Assembly: GCF_009914755.1 (NCBI RefSeq)
Contig: NC_060931.1
Direction: 5' to 3' (one strand)
DNA from: the human T2T-CHM13v2.0 reference genome, Homo sapiens
DNA length: 64,000 bases
In this document: one piece after another, positions 48,118 to 62,184 of the stretch
Numbering within the stretch: the first letter of the stretch is position 1
Layout of the letters: each line of letters starts with the position of its first letter
Notes under the pieces: generated by a model
Seen by the model: only the letters and a program-made list of their open reading frames with translations
Database searches by the model: none
What the model was told of the DNA's origin: nothing
Position numbers and translations under genes: made by a program

Positions 48118-48900
48118 CAAATGGCCAACAAATATATGAAAAAATGCTCAACATCACTAATGATCAGGGAAATGCAAATCAAAACCACAGTGCGATACCA
48201 CTTTACTCCCGGAAGAATGGCCATAATCAAAAAACCAAAAAAACAGTAGATGTTGGCATGGATGTGGTGATCAGGGAACACTTCTACGCTGCTGGTGGGA
48301 ATGTAAACTAGTACAGCCACTTTGGAAAACAGTGTGGAGATTCCTTAAAGAACTAAAAGTAGAACTGCCGTTTGATTCAGCAATCCCACTATTGGGTATC
48401 TACCCAGAGGAAAATAAATCATTATATGAAAAGATACTTGCATGTGCATGTTTATAGCAGCACGATTCACAATTGCAAAATTGTGGAAACAACCCAAATG
48501 CCCATCAATCAGTGAGTAAATAAAGAAACTGTAGTATATATACAGGATGGGATACTACTCAGCCATAAAAAGGAACGAATTTATGCATTTGCAGCAACCT
48601 GGGTGAAATTAGAGACTGTTATTCTAAGTGAAGTAACTCAGGAATGGAAACCAAACATCATTTGTTCTCACTGATATGTGGGAGCTAAGTTATGAGGATG
48701 CAAAGGCATAAGAATGATGGACTTTGGGGACTTGGGGGGAAGGGTGGGAGGGGGAGAGGGATAAAAGACTACAAATAGGGTGCAGGGTATACTGCTCGGG
48801 TGATGGTTGTATGAAAATCTCACAAATCACCAGTAAAGAACTTAACTTGTGTAACCGAATACCACCTGTATCCCAATAACCTATGGGAAAATAAAAAAGT
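48118..48900 (+). mobile_element. L1PB1-like 3' end
   Basis: gggataaaagactacaaatagggtgcagggtatactgctcgggtgatgg diagnostic 3' UTR. Confidence 0.9.
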
Positions 48901-50011
48901 AAAAAGGTAGAAAAACCAGTGAATTAAAAAAAAATTTGGTAATAAATACCAAGGAACTCAAAAAAAAAAAAAAAAAAAGGCTTAGAAAAGTCTTTACCAA
49001 AGCAGTTCAGTGTCTCACCAGAGCTGGCTGTTTTACATAAGATTTTGACTTCAATGCCTTATAGTACTGAAAACATACATTGTCTTGAGTGTCCACTTTC
49101 TGAATCTTCATAAACTAGTGCTGGTGGTAGCAGGTTGCCTGAAGCTTTAGCATTCCTTAACTTTGTTTACCTTAACTTTTCTTTTACTATGAAGACATGG
49201 GTAAATTTTAGCATAGTTTGACAGATTGTAGTTAGAATGTTCAAGATCCACATATTTAAGAAATAAAGTTCCTCATAAAGTTTAAAACTGACATCAGGAG
49301 CAGCTTCTGCTGTTAATACTACAACTTGCAAGTATTGTAAGTGCTAGGTGTAGTTAGTAAAATCTGGACTGATGAAAATAGTGATTCTGAAATTTTAGGT
49401 CAAAATTCCACGTGGAAAAACAAGTTTGACAATAGAGAATATCTTTGTCTCTGCCTCTTGCTAGTAGAAAACTGGTACTAGCTAATTATTTTGGGGGACA
49501 AAAAATCTCATCTCAAAACAGGCAGCACTTTAATATGTTACACTTTGGATTTTGGATTGATGGTGCCATGAGTGGTGGATTGTACAGAAATTGATCACCA
49601 GGATTATTTTCTTTCAGTTTCAGCTTCAATTTTCCTTATGTGACTACAATTGGTATCCACCTGTCAACATCTAGGACCAAAGAGGCAATCAAACAAGGAA
49701 TAAATTCCTAATTTCTCTCATTCCTCAACAGGCTATTAATTTAACTCTGATTTATTTCTTAGATATTCTCTAATTTCTGTAATTGTGTGTATGATTATAT
49801 CCAAAGAGAGGAAAAAAATGACCAAGTGGTGCCGATTTGAGGGATTGACATGAGACACCCAAGGCTTTTATTTTTGGTCAGGGATCGTCAGTGGATAGTC
49901 ATGAAGTCTTACTCCCAGTTGTCATTTCAGGAATTTAGAATAGAGGTCAGTCACTGCTGGAAACAAACGGAATTAGAGATTAGTGGTGTCACCAATGCAA
50001 ATTCTTTAAAA

Positions 50012-50228
50012 AAGAATTTGTGTGAGCATAGTAGGTGCATATACTTATGGGGTACATGAGATATTTTGATACAGGCATACATTGTGTAATAATCATCTGG
50101 GCAAATGGGGTATCCATCATCTCAAGCATTTAACCTTTGTTTATTGTTACAAACAATCCAATTATACTTTTATTTTTACATGTACAATAAATTATTGTTG
50201 ACTGTAATCACTCTGTTGTGCTGCAAAT
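50012..50228 (-). mobile_element. L1MA2/3-like short 3' end
   Basis: tatggggtacatgagatattttgatacaggcat. Confidence 0.8.
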
Positions 50229-50359
50229 TCTGACTTTAAAAGAAAAATAGTTTATTTCAGATGCCAATTTCTCACCTCTCAATAAAATTGCTCTCTCAGA
50301 TAAGGTGAATGCAAGAACAGAGTGGTAGCATTTACCTCTTTTTAAGAAAAAATTCAACT

Positions 50360-53300
50360 ATTTATTTATTTGTTTTTTAAATTTTTGTGGGTAATTATAG
50401 GTGTATATATTTATGGGGTACATGAGATGTTTTGACACAGGTGTGCAACGTGAAATAAGCACATCATGAATAATGGAGTATCCATCCCCTCAAACATTTA
50501 GCCATTGAGTTGCAAGCAATCTAATTACACTCTTTAAGTTATTGAAAAATGTACAGTTATTATTGACTATAGTCACCCTGTTGTGCTATCAAATAGTAGG
50601 TTTTATTCATCTGTCAAACTATGCTAAATTTACCCGTGTCTTCATGGTAGAAAAAATTAAGATAAACAGCTCTTTATGTTCATGAGTTCAGTTGTGATTT
50701 TTAGATCCCATATATAAATATGGGATAACATACATTGTTTGTCTTTCACAACTGGTTGCTCATAGTAACCACCAATGATGCTTTGAATTTCTTCGATATC
50801 AGTTGTAATGTCTCCTTTTTCATTTCTGATTTTATCTATTTAGACCTCTCTTTTTTCTTATTTAGTCTGACTAAATGTTTGTCAATTTTGTTTAACTTTT
50901 CAGAAAACCAACTTTTCGTTTCATTGATCTTTTGTGTTGTTTTTTTCAATTTCATTTATTTCTGCTTTGATCTTTATTATTACTTTTGTTCTACTAATTT
51001 TGAGTTTGGTTTGCTCTTGCTTTTCTAGTTCTTTAAGACACATTGTTAGGTTGTTTATTTGAAGCTTTTCCTCTTTTTTTGATGTAGGCACTTACTGCTA
51101 TGAACTTCCCTCTTAATACTATTTTTTGCTGTATCCCACAGGTTTTGGTATGTTTGGTTCCCACTGTCATTTGTTTTAAGAAATTTTTCAATTTCTTTCT
51201 TAATTTTTTTATTGACCCACTGGTCATTCAGGAGCATATTGTTTAATTTCCACATACTTGTATAGTTTCTAAAATTCCTCTTATTAATTTCTAGTTTTAT
51301 TCCATTGTGGTCAGAGAATGTACTTGATAGTATTTCAATTTTTCAAATGTTTTAAGACCTATTTGTGATCTAACATGTGGTCTATCCTTGAGAATGATCC
51401 ATGTGTGGAGAAAAAGAATGTATTCTGCAGCTCTTGGATGAAATGCTCTGTAAATATCTGAGATCCATTTGGTCTGTAGTGTAGATTAAGACTGATGTTT
51501 CTTTGTTGATTTTTTGTCTGGAAGTTCTGTTCAGTGCTGAAAGTGTGGTGTTGAAGTCTCTAGCTATTATTGTATTGAGGCCTATCTCTCTCTTTAGCTG
51601 TAATAATATTTCCTTTATATATCTGGGTGCTCCAGTGGTGGGTACATATGTATTTAAAATTGATATATTCTTTTGCTGAATTGACCCATTTATCATTATA
51701 TAGTGACCCCTTCTTCTTATAGTTTTTGTTTTGAAATCTGTTTTCTCTGATATAAATACAGCAACTCCTGCTCTTTTTTGCTTTCCTTTAGCATGAAATA
51801 TCTTTTTCTACCCCTTTATTTTCAGTCTGTATGTGTCTTTATAGGTAAAGTGTGTTTCTTGTAGGCAACAGAGCAATGGATCTTGTTTTTTCATCCATTC
51901 AGCCAGTCTATGTCTTTTGATTACAGAGTTTAGCCATTTGCATTCAATGTTATCATTGATAAGTGAGGACTTACTACTGTTATTTTGTTATGTGTTTTCT
52001 GGTTGTTTTGTGGTCTTCTCTTCCTTCTTTCTTTCCTGTCTTCCTCTAGTGAAAATGATTTTCTTTGGTGATATGATTTAGTTTCTTGGTTTTTATTTTT
52101 TGTGTATCCATTGTATGTTTTTTGGTTTGAGGTTACCATGAGGCTTGCAAATAATAACCCATTATTTTAACCTGGTAACGGTTTAATACTGCTTGCATAA
52201 ACAAACAAGCAACAGGAAAACTATAAAAACTCACTTTAACTCTATCCCCCACTTTTTTAACATTTGCTGTTTCTATTTGTATCTTATTGTACTGTGTCTT
52301 GAAAAGTTGCTGTAGTTATTATTTTTGATTGGTTTATTGTTCAGTCTTTCTACTTAGGAATGTTGGAGTAGTTTTCACAACACAGTTACAATGTTATAGT
52401 ATTCTGTGTTTTTCTGTGCACTTATTATTACCAGTCAGTTTTGTACCTTCTGGTTATTATTGCCAATTAATGTCCTTTTCTTACTGATTGAAGTACTCCC
52501 TTTAGCATTTCTTTTAGGATGGGTTTGGTTTTGATGAAACCCCTTAGCTTTTGTTACTCTGGGAAAGTATTTCTCCTTTATGTTTGAAGGACATTTTTGC
52601 TGGATAACTATTCTAGGGTAACAAATTTTTTTCCTTCAGCACTTCAAATATGTCATACTACTCTCTCCTGAGAGTCTTTAGTAAGTAAGGTTTCCATTGA
52701 AAAATCTGCTGCCAGATGTGTTGGAGCTCTGTTGTTTGTTATTTGTTTCTTTTCTCTTGCTGCTTTTAGGATCCTTTATTTATCCTTGTCCTTTGGGAGT
52801 TTGATTATTAAATGCATTGAGATAGTCTTCCTTGGGTTAAATCTGCTTGGTGTTCTATAACCTTGTACTTGGATATTGATATCTTTTTCTAGGCTTGAGA
52901 AGTTCTCTGTTCTTATTCCTTTGAATAAATTTTCTACCCCTGTCTTTTTCTCTACCTTCTCTTTAAGGCCAATAACTCTTAGATTTGCTCTTTTGAGGGT
53001 ATTTTCTAAATCCTGTAGGCATGTTTTATGATTTTTTTTCATTTTTCTCTTGTCTCCTCTGACTGGGTATTTTCAAATTGTTTGTCTTCAAGATCATTAA
53101 TTCTTTCTTCTGCTTGATCCATTCTGCTATTAAGGGACTCTGATGCCTTCTTCAGTATGTCAGTAGGATTTTTCAGCTCCAGAATTTCTGCTTGATTCTT
53201 TTTAATTATTTCAGTCTCTTTGTTAAGTTTATCTGATAGAATTCTGAATTTCTTCTCTCTGTTATCTTGAATTTCTTTGAATTCCTCAACAGTTACTTTG

Positions 53301-55322
53301 AATTCTCTGTCTGAAAGTTCACATATCTCTGTTTCTCCAAGGTTAGTTCCTGGTATCTTATTTAGTTCATTTGGTGAAGTCATGTTTTCCTGAATAGTGT
53401 TGATGCCAGTAGATGTTCTTCAGTGTCTGGGCATTGAATAATTAGGTATTTATTTTAGTCTTCACTGTCTGGGCTTATTTGTAGCCATCCTCCCTGAGAA
53501 GGCTTTCAGATATTTGAAAGAACCCGGTAACACTGTGGTTCTTGCAGACTTGTAGTGGTGCCACCTTAATGGTCTCAGATAAGAATTAGGAGAAGTCTCT
53601 GGATTACCAGGCAGGAACTCTCATTCTCTTCCCTTACTTTCTCCTAAACATACAGAGTTTCTCTCTCTATTGTGAGCCATCTAAAGCTAGGGGTGGAGTG
53701 ACACAAGCACCACTGTGGCCACCACCACTATGACTGTGCTGGGTCAGACCTGAAGCCAGCACAGTGCTGGGTCTTACCCAAGGCCTGCTCTAACCACTCC
53801 CTGTCTACTGTCCAGGTTTGTTCAAGGTCCTGGGACTCTACAATCAGCAAGTGGCAAAGTCAGCCAGGACTGTGTCCTTCCCTCCAGGGTGGCGAGGTCC
53901 CTCAGGCCCTGGGTGGGTCCAGAAGTGCCGCGAGTCGGGGACTAGAGTCAAAAACCTTAGAAGTCCACCTGGTGGTTTATTGTATTGTGGGTGAGCTGGC
54001 ACTTAAACCACAAGATGGGGTCCTTCCCTCTCTTGCCTTCCCTTTCCAAAGGCAAAGGAGTCTCAGCCCATAGCACCACCACCCTAGGCCATGAGGAGTA
54101 CTGCCAGACTACCACCACTGTTCCCTTAAGGCCCAAGGGCTCTTAAGTCAGCTTGTGGTGAATGCTGCATGGCCTTGGCCTCACCCTTCAGGGCAATGGG
54201 CTCCCCTCTGACCCCGGGCAGGTTCAAAAATGCCATCCAAGAGTCAAGTCCTGGAATTGGGGACCCCAAAATCCCACTTGGTGCTCTGCTCCCTTGTGGT
54301 GGTATTGATACCTAAAATGCAAGACAAAATCCCCTTTACTTTTCCCTCTGCTTTTCTCAAGCAGGGGGAGTTTTGCCCCATAACTCCACAGCTGGTAATG
54401 TGCTGAGTCTCACATGAAGCCAGCAAGTCCCAGAGGCTCACCGTGGCAGTTGATGTACTATCTGGGTATCGCTGTTGGTTATTCAGGGTCCAAGGGCTCT
54501 TCAGTTAGCAGGTGATGAATGCTGGTAGCACTAAGTCCTTTCCTACAAGGCAGTGGGTTCCCTTCTGTCCTAGGGTATGAGATCCCTGGAAAGGGGGCCT
54601 CACGACTCTGACCGATATCCTATCCTGTTGTGGCTAAGCTGATATCTAAGATGCAAGGCAAAGTCATCTCCAGCCTTCCTTCTCCTTTCCTCAAGTGGAA
54701 GGAAGGGGTCTCTTTTGGAGCTGTGAGCTGTGCAGTCTAGGGTTGGGGGGGCTATGATGCCAGCACTTCCTTGGCTGACCCAGCTGATATCTCAGTATGT
54801 CGCGTGCTCCCACAGTCTATAGTCTCTGGGCCTAGTTCAGCCTAGGACTCTCCGAAGGGTTGCAGTCCTTATGGCCCAGACTGCCTTTCAAGTTTACTTA
54901 GACACCAAGCACACCTTGATCCTCAGTGGTGAGGTTTGCCAGCACTCAAGTTTGGACCCCTGGGGTGAACAATTCCCCTCTGGCTAGGACTGGTTTAAAT
55001 GCTCCCTCTGTGGGTGTCAGCTGAGATTGGTCTGTTTTTTCTTTCTGCTCTGACAGGACAGCACTGAGTTCAGTGCCTCACAATTGCTGTGTTCTCTTCC
55101 CCCAGCACCCAGAGAGCTCTCCGCACCACACTGCTGCTGCTGCTACTGAGGGAGAGGAAGGGGTCACGTCTGAGATTCAGGATTGTTTTATCTGCTTCTT
55201 CAGTGCCTGTTTCAGTGATAGGAAGTTAAAACCAGGTACTGTGAGTGCTCACAGGATTTTTGGTTCTTAGGATGCGTTTCCCTGTGTCGATAGTTGTATT
55301 CAGCCATCTTGCTCTGCTTCCT
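50360..55322 (-). mobile_element. L1MA1-like element with both ends and a large internal ORF2 deletion
   Basis: 3' UTR gtgaaataagcacatcatg; jump at ~50750 into ORF2; EN and ORF1 fragments (DFNTTLS, MTSPNELNK); long 5' UTR ending cagccatcttgctctg. Confidence 0.88.
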
Positions 55323-55329
55323 CCTCTTT

Positions 55330-55869
55330 TATTTATTTTTTAAAAGATTTATTTATTTTAAAAAATTTTTAAATAATTTTTATGGATACAGAGAGTTGTA
55401 TGTATTTATGGGGGATATATGTGTTATTTTGATACAAGCGTACAATGTGTAATGATCAATCAGAGTAATTGGAATACCCATCAGCTCAAACATTAATCAT
55501 TTTGTTGTTTTAGGAACATGCCAATTTCACTCTTCTAGTTATTTTGAAATATACAATGTTATTGTTAGCTACCCTACTATGCTACAGAACACTGGATCTT
55601 ATTCATTCTCTTTAACTGTATTTCTGTACCTATTAACCAGCCCCTCTTTATCCTCTGCCTCCCCCGTTTCTGGTAACCATCCCAGATTCTGGTAACTGTC
55701 ATTCTACTCTCTGCTTCTATGAGATCAGCTCTTTCAGCTCTCTCATATGAATGAGAACATATGATATTTGCTTGCCTTTCTGTGCCTAGCTCATTTCGCT
55801 TAATACAGTGTCCTTCAGTTCCATCCATGTTTCTACAAATAACAGGATTTTATTTATTGCTTGATAGTA
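55330..55869 (-). mobile_element. L1MA4/5-like 3' end
   Basis: tgtgtaatgatcaatcagagtaattggaatac... Confidence 0.8.
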
Positions 55870-56868
55870 GATTTCTCCAAGTCCAAGCTCCTTTAAGTTT
55901 ATAGATGAAAGACTGTGAAAAACTAAGGTTTCTTGTAAAAATGGCAACAGCAAAAATACAGTCTTTCTTTTAATCTTCAATTTCCTCTTCCTGATATTTT
56001 AGGATGACAGATTCCCTGCCATTGTGTATATGTGGCTCAATACCCTGCATCTAGATCCGTGATGGTAAATATGCTACATCAATGCAATCACTCCTCTGTT
56101 TCATAACTGTGCGGACCTTGCTCCCTGATCATAGCCTCTGTTGGTGTCAGATGTCAGGGAGGAGCCCTCTGGCTCTGAGCACTGTGTGGCTCATCAAGAG
56201 ACCTGGTGTGCTTAGGCTCACTTGGCTATTTTCAAGTGTTCATTGGCTTGCGCTATTTATGTTAGCATTTTAAGCATTCTATGATCACCAGAAGATATTT
56301 TTGAGGTACAACGATTCTCAAGTCCCTATTTTAAGATTCTGATTGTTAGGGGGTTAAATTATTGAGGAAGAAGATCTGTGAGAAGTATTATAAAGTATTT
56401 AGCCTATGTAGACTTTAGTGACTATTATTTGACCTGAAATTAAGATGCTCCTTCTATTATTCCCAAGATGCTGGTATGCGTTATGAAGTAAATAAAAATC
56501 ATAAGGGCCTGCAAACCGCAGTGGCTTCAGTCTTCAATATGTTACTTCAGCAATTTCCAGGAAGCCATAATTACTTACTACGGGGAATTATAGAACTAGT
56601 TAAAGCATTATCACAAAATGTGTGATGTAACATACACCCTACCCTGCAGGTACAAAATGGTCCAGAACCTGTTCTGCAACACTAGAACCCTAGTATCTTC
56701 ATGAATAGAAAGTATTTAGATGGGCTTTCAGTGCTGATTGTGAAGCCAGGAGAGTTGGTTACCCCAGGGCTTATTGCGAGTGGTGAGTAATGCATGGTTG
56801 TTTCTTGTGGTCTAGATGTGGAATGTACTGGCAGATGCAAAGGTTTTCTACTATTCGCATGAGGACAG

Positions 56869-57276
56869 TGAGATACAGAACTTTCACGACAAGTCAGGCA
56901 AAGCAAATTTATTATTCACTGATAGACAGCAAAAACACATAGTCTAGGATCCATGGTGGGCTGGTCCCCCGGGGCTCAGGAAAGCTCTCCAGTGTGGATA
57001 GAGTCTTGTCTGTGTGTGTCCCGTATTGTACTGAAGCTGAGGTACCCGCAAAGCACATCATCTTGTATTTTGCGCCTTGGGTATCATTTGCTCCCTAAGC
57101 TCAAGTTTTGCAGAATATCCTGCTCTAGAAGGAACATAGTTCTGGCTATTCTAGCCTGTTTCTTTTTTTCTTATGTTAATGCATTCTGCACAAATTCTAC
57201 AGTAATTCTGAGAACTACAAGTTGGAGAGGGGAGAGCTGGGTCGAAAAAGGCCACGTGAGGACCTGCCCTCCTACA
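56869..57276 (-). mobile_element. Solo LTR (LTR47-like)
   Basis: TG...CA termini; minus strand tgtaggagggcagg...cttgtagttctcagaattactgtagaat; AATAAA near the 3' end. Confidence 0.65.
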
Positions 57277-59189
57277 GCAGGGACATTTGTATCTAAAGAG
57301 TGCTGCCTATAGGGGAGCAGCAACTTGGAAGAAAAGGCCTAATACTTAAGGGTCAAGGAAGGAGTTGCAAGTGATCACCCAGCCTGGAGAAGCATCTGCC
57401 CGAGTCAAGGAAACTTTACAAGAGAAATCCCCAGTGTGCACCCCTATGAAGAGCCTACAATGGTATGTCTACAAGAGTGAGTCATCCTTACTTCTGCCAG
57501 ACCCAGATAGTTGCAAGCTGTCTTTGCTACCATTTCAGGTAAGATATTTCTCATCTAATTTCAATGCTTTGCTCTTTCTCATCCTGTACCCAGCCCTTCA
57601 CTCCATTCAGGAGGAAGAACAAACCAGCTAGGAAACAGGGAAGGAGACAGGAGGGAGAAAAGTACAAGCAGGAGAAATACAAAATAATCCATCTGTGCCT
57701 CTTTCTCCTATTGTAGGTTTAGCCTGAAGCCAGCCTGAGCCAAGAAAAGGGAGAAGGTTTTGCTGTTTAATCAAAGTAGTTTTGATTTATATTTTGTACT
57801 GAAAGTTTTATTTTTTGAAATTAGTCTGTTGGCAACTTCCAATGTATGTAGAAATGTATGTACCTAAGAATGAGCAGAAAAAGCATGGGACATGCTGTTT
57901 ATCCTGGGGCAAAGAAAGATTACCCCCGCTGGATATATTTTAAAAGGCGACAGGAAGCAAAAAATAAAGTTGTGTTTTGCATACAACATGAGTTGTGCTT
58001 AGTCAACACACCATAAATAGTATTAAAGGGAAGAAAACTGATGGGCCGTGGTGCTAGGAGTTGGGCGGGGGGCAGCGCAGTGTGAAGAATGAATAAATTG
58101 GAAGCGATGCTTTTGTGTGTTGGGGCCTCTTGGGGTTGCTTTTGTCCTTATGCTCCCTCCCATGTGACCTGTGGGATCTGCCATGCTTAGGAGCTTAGGA
58201 AGGCCTCTCTGTCCTGGGGATGCCTGAGAGAGCTTTCTCTCATCTTAGGTCTGTCCTGATTTGCTGTGGAAAAGGTAAAATGACAAGGGCTAATGTTCAG
58301 ATGTGGCTTCCAGTAAAGGGACTCTGGTTTTTGTATTATGCCAGAGAAACAACATAGTCTAGTCCAGTCCATGACGGTTGATCCTAAGTGCCTGGGAATA
58401 AAATCTTACTGAATTTATTAAAACCATCATCATGTGCTTGAAGTGTTCCTTCTCCTCCTGAGGGTGATGGTATCAAATGACTGAATGAGAAAATGGAGCA
58501 ATGGGTTCTGACCAGTCCTCAATTTATCTTTACTTGTGAGATGGCTAATGACTTTTTTTAGAGAGAAGAAAAAACTCTCATATAGTGTTAAATTTGTTAA
58601 AAACAGATAACCTTTATAGATCCTTACGTAGGATGTGTCTATCAGAAAGATTTAGAATACTTAATGCTGTGCTGTACTTCCTTTTTCTTCAACTTTTGCA
58701 TTATATATCAAACTGTTTACTCAGAATAGTGTCATAACAGCAAACGACTATCTGTTCATGGAAAGGTCAAATTTCAAGTACGCAAATAACCTATTTCTTT
58801 CTCCCTTCTTTGCTGCTGAAGTTTAGCTTCCTTTTGTTTCACACAGTAAATGGAGTTGGCATGATTTCTGTGTTGCAGGGTGCCTTTCTGAATATTGTGC
58901 AAAGTCTTTGTCCTAGACAGTTTGACTCAATGGAATATCACCTTTCACTCTTAACTTTTCCCAAACAGAAATAAGGTCAAACTTGTTTTAAGCTTTGACT
59001 GAATTCTGAATACAACTGGTGCTTAGGAGTTAAATGAACTTACCTGTCTAAATGGCTTGAATGAGGGCCACCTGCATGTTCAGTGGTTTCAGGTTATCTA
59101 CCTTGATATTCATCTAGTAAACCTGTCTTTGAATGTCTTTCCAAAATGCTGGGAATCCTAGGGCACTGTGGCACTATGTGTGATGTGGG

Positions 59190-59420
59190 GTGACATGGCT
59201 GAGGATGTGGGCCTTGGAGGGAGTCAGGTCTCAGTGGATCCTGGTTCTACTCCTTGCAGAGATGTGTGAGTTGGGCAGAGAACATAACTTATCTGTTTTC
59301 TCCTTTTTAAAATGAAAATAATACCCTTTAAATTTATCGAGATTAAAGAGAAAGCTGATGTGAGGGTGTAGTAAAGTGCCTACCCATAGAAAATACCCTA
59401 TCCATGTTAGTTAATAATGA
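59190..59420 (+). mobile_element. MIR
   Basis: ggccttggagggagtcag...tctgttttctcctttttaaaatgaaaataatac...gtaaagtgcct. Confidence 0.7.
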
Positions 59421-59628
59421 AGGTAATGTTTTAAAAGCTGTTTCCGTGAGTTAATTGAATTAAATTTCTTAGGATTTCAGAACCTTAAACATACCCGACT
59501 AATGCCAAGAATAGTAAAATGTATTTCAAGCATGAAGTGGATTCAAAAAGTGAATTATTCCGTATTTCCTATATAATAAGGGGCTTGAAGAAAATGGTCA
59601 GGCAGCTTTTAGATTTCAGAGTTATGTT

Positions 59629-59648
59629 GGCAGCGCCACCTGCTGTTG
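59629..59648 (-). promoter_or_regulatory. Candidate CTCF site
   Basis: Minus strand caACAGCAGGTGGCGCTGcc, close to the CTCF core. Confidence 0.55.
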
Positions 59649-60307
59649 AAAATAAAAACACTTCTGGAATATTTTGAGAAGCAAGAAATACAATTATGAG
59701 TTCTTTTCTACTTTTTTCAGCAAAGGTGGGCCAATCTGTCATTTCTTTAACTGAGAAATTTAATTTTATTGAAGAGCTAGGTGACAAATACCTGTAACAT
59801 TCTTTTGAAGTATCAGTCACTGTCTTTAAAGAAATGATTCCCTAATGATGTCATCATTAACTTCTTAATCCACTTAGTGACTAACCCTTATTATCAAGGG
59901 ATTAGTTTCTTTATTTTAAGGTATATTGATCTCACATTAAAATGTTGAAATAAAAGACTCACATCACTCTAAATGTTGCATAGTTTTTCTCGCTTAGCCC
60001 AGAATCAGATTAATCAGGACACGACATTGGTTGGCTTTTTACTCCATTTTACAAAACAATCTATAAGTTTTAGGCCCACATGAAAGAACTTTTGAGTGTG
60101 ACACTGAGAACACATACAGGTATCTGTGTGTTATATACCCTAGATTGTACCCTTGCTAACAAAGGGATAACTCAAGCCCTAAAGCCACTTGGGGCAAGCG
60201 CAGCATTTCGGATATCTAACCATAAGTTGAAATGGTTATATAATAAATTCTCTATCAGTCATGTGGCAAATAAAGGAAGATCTCACATGAAATACATTTC
60301 CCATCAT

Positions 60308-61150
60308 CTTTTTTATTGTGGTAAAATTCACATCGTATAAAATTCACCATTTTAACCATTAAAAAATGTACAATTCAGTAGAATTTAGTACATCAACATG
60401 TTGTACAACCATCACCACTCTCTAGTTCCAGAACATTTTCATTACCCCAAAAAGAAACCCTGCACCCGTTAAGCATTTACTCCTCATTTCCCCCTCAACC
60501 CCTGGCAGCCACGAATCTGCATTATGTCTCGATGAATTTGCCTATTATGGATATTCCACACAAATGGGATCATACATTATGTAGCCTTTTGTGTCTTCTT
60601 TCACAAAGAATAATACTTTCTAGGTTCATTAATGTTGTAGCCTGTATTAGTTCTTCCTTTTTATGGGCAAATAATATTCCACTGTGTGTGTATACATATA
60701 TACTAAAATTTGTTTATCTATTCATCCATCTACAGATGCTTTAGTTATCTCCATCTTTTGGCTATTGTAAGTAGTGCCACTGCGAACTTTTGTGTGCAAG
60801 TTTTTGTTTGAACACCTGTTATTTAATTTTTGGGGGTGTATATGCAGGAGTGAAATTCCTGAGTCATGTGGTAATTCTATGTTTAACTTACTGAGGAACC
60901 ATCAAACTTTTCTGTGGTGGCTACCCTATTTTGCATTCCCAGCAGCAATGTATGAGAGTTCCAGTTTTGTTGCATTTTCCTCAAAGCTCTTTTGAGGATA
61001 ACCATCCTCGTGGGTTTAAAGTGGTCTCTGCATGTAGTTTTGATTTGCATTTCCCCAGTGACCTTGATAATCTTTGGATGAGCTTGTTGGCCATTTGTAG
61101 ATCTTCTTTGGAGAAATGTTTATTCAAGTTCTTTGCCCCCAATGATTTTT
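60308..61150 (-). mobile_element. L1MB 3' region
   Basis: ttttattgtggtaaaattcac...ctagttccagaacattttc. Confidence 0.85.
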
Positions 61151-61152
61151 TA

Positions 61153-61544
<392 letters not shown>

Positions 61545-62184
61545 TCAAAACCTACTCTGGTCATCTCAGGTGGGGAGTGATTATTATAAGGCTGCATGGG
61601 GAAATATGGAAGCACGAGAACCAATCTTAGCAGTAACGCAGTGGTGTCTCATGAAGAAATGGAATGCACTTTACTATTGTTCAAATGTTCAGCTGTCATT
61701 TGAGGGCCCCTGTGCAGGGTTATGGTAGGCACTGGAGTCGTGGAGAAGTGTGGCGGCCTGGTCCCCAGAAATTGGTGTCCCTTACTCCCTCTTCTCCTGA
61801 CTCCATCCTATTGGCCCCTTAGCTTTTTTCTCCATTTTCCCTTTCTGTCTTTTTTGTACTTCCTGTTCTTTTCCTTATAGTTTTATTGCCTTGTCAATGT
61901 CTTGCACTGAAAAGTCTCTGGGAGAGAACCTGATTCCTTTGGTTGGTCACTGTCCTTCTTGAAGTGTCTTCCAAGGCGGACTTTTTGCAACAGGCTTCCT
62001 CATAGCCATAGGCCTGTGTGTGTAGCTATAGGGGGTCCAATCAGATGTAGCCAGGCCGATGGACAGCTTATTCATGAGGAACGACTGATCACTGTGCTCA
62101 AACAGCAGTGGAAAGCAAGACAGATGTTGAGGGTGTTTCATGGGCTGTCTGCAGTGATATTTCAAACTTTCATACATTTGCAAG

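Noticed and set aside
56953-57631. 119-aa and 88-aa plus-strand ORFs
   Set aside because: They lie in LTR-like sequence and show no recognisable domain.
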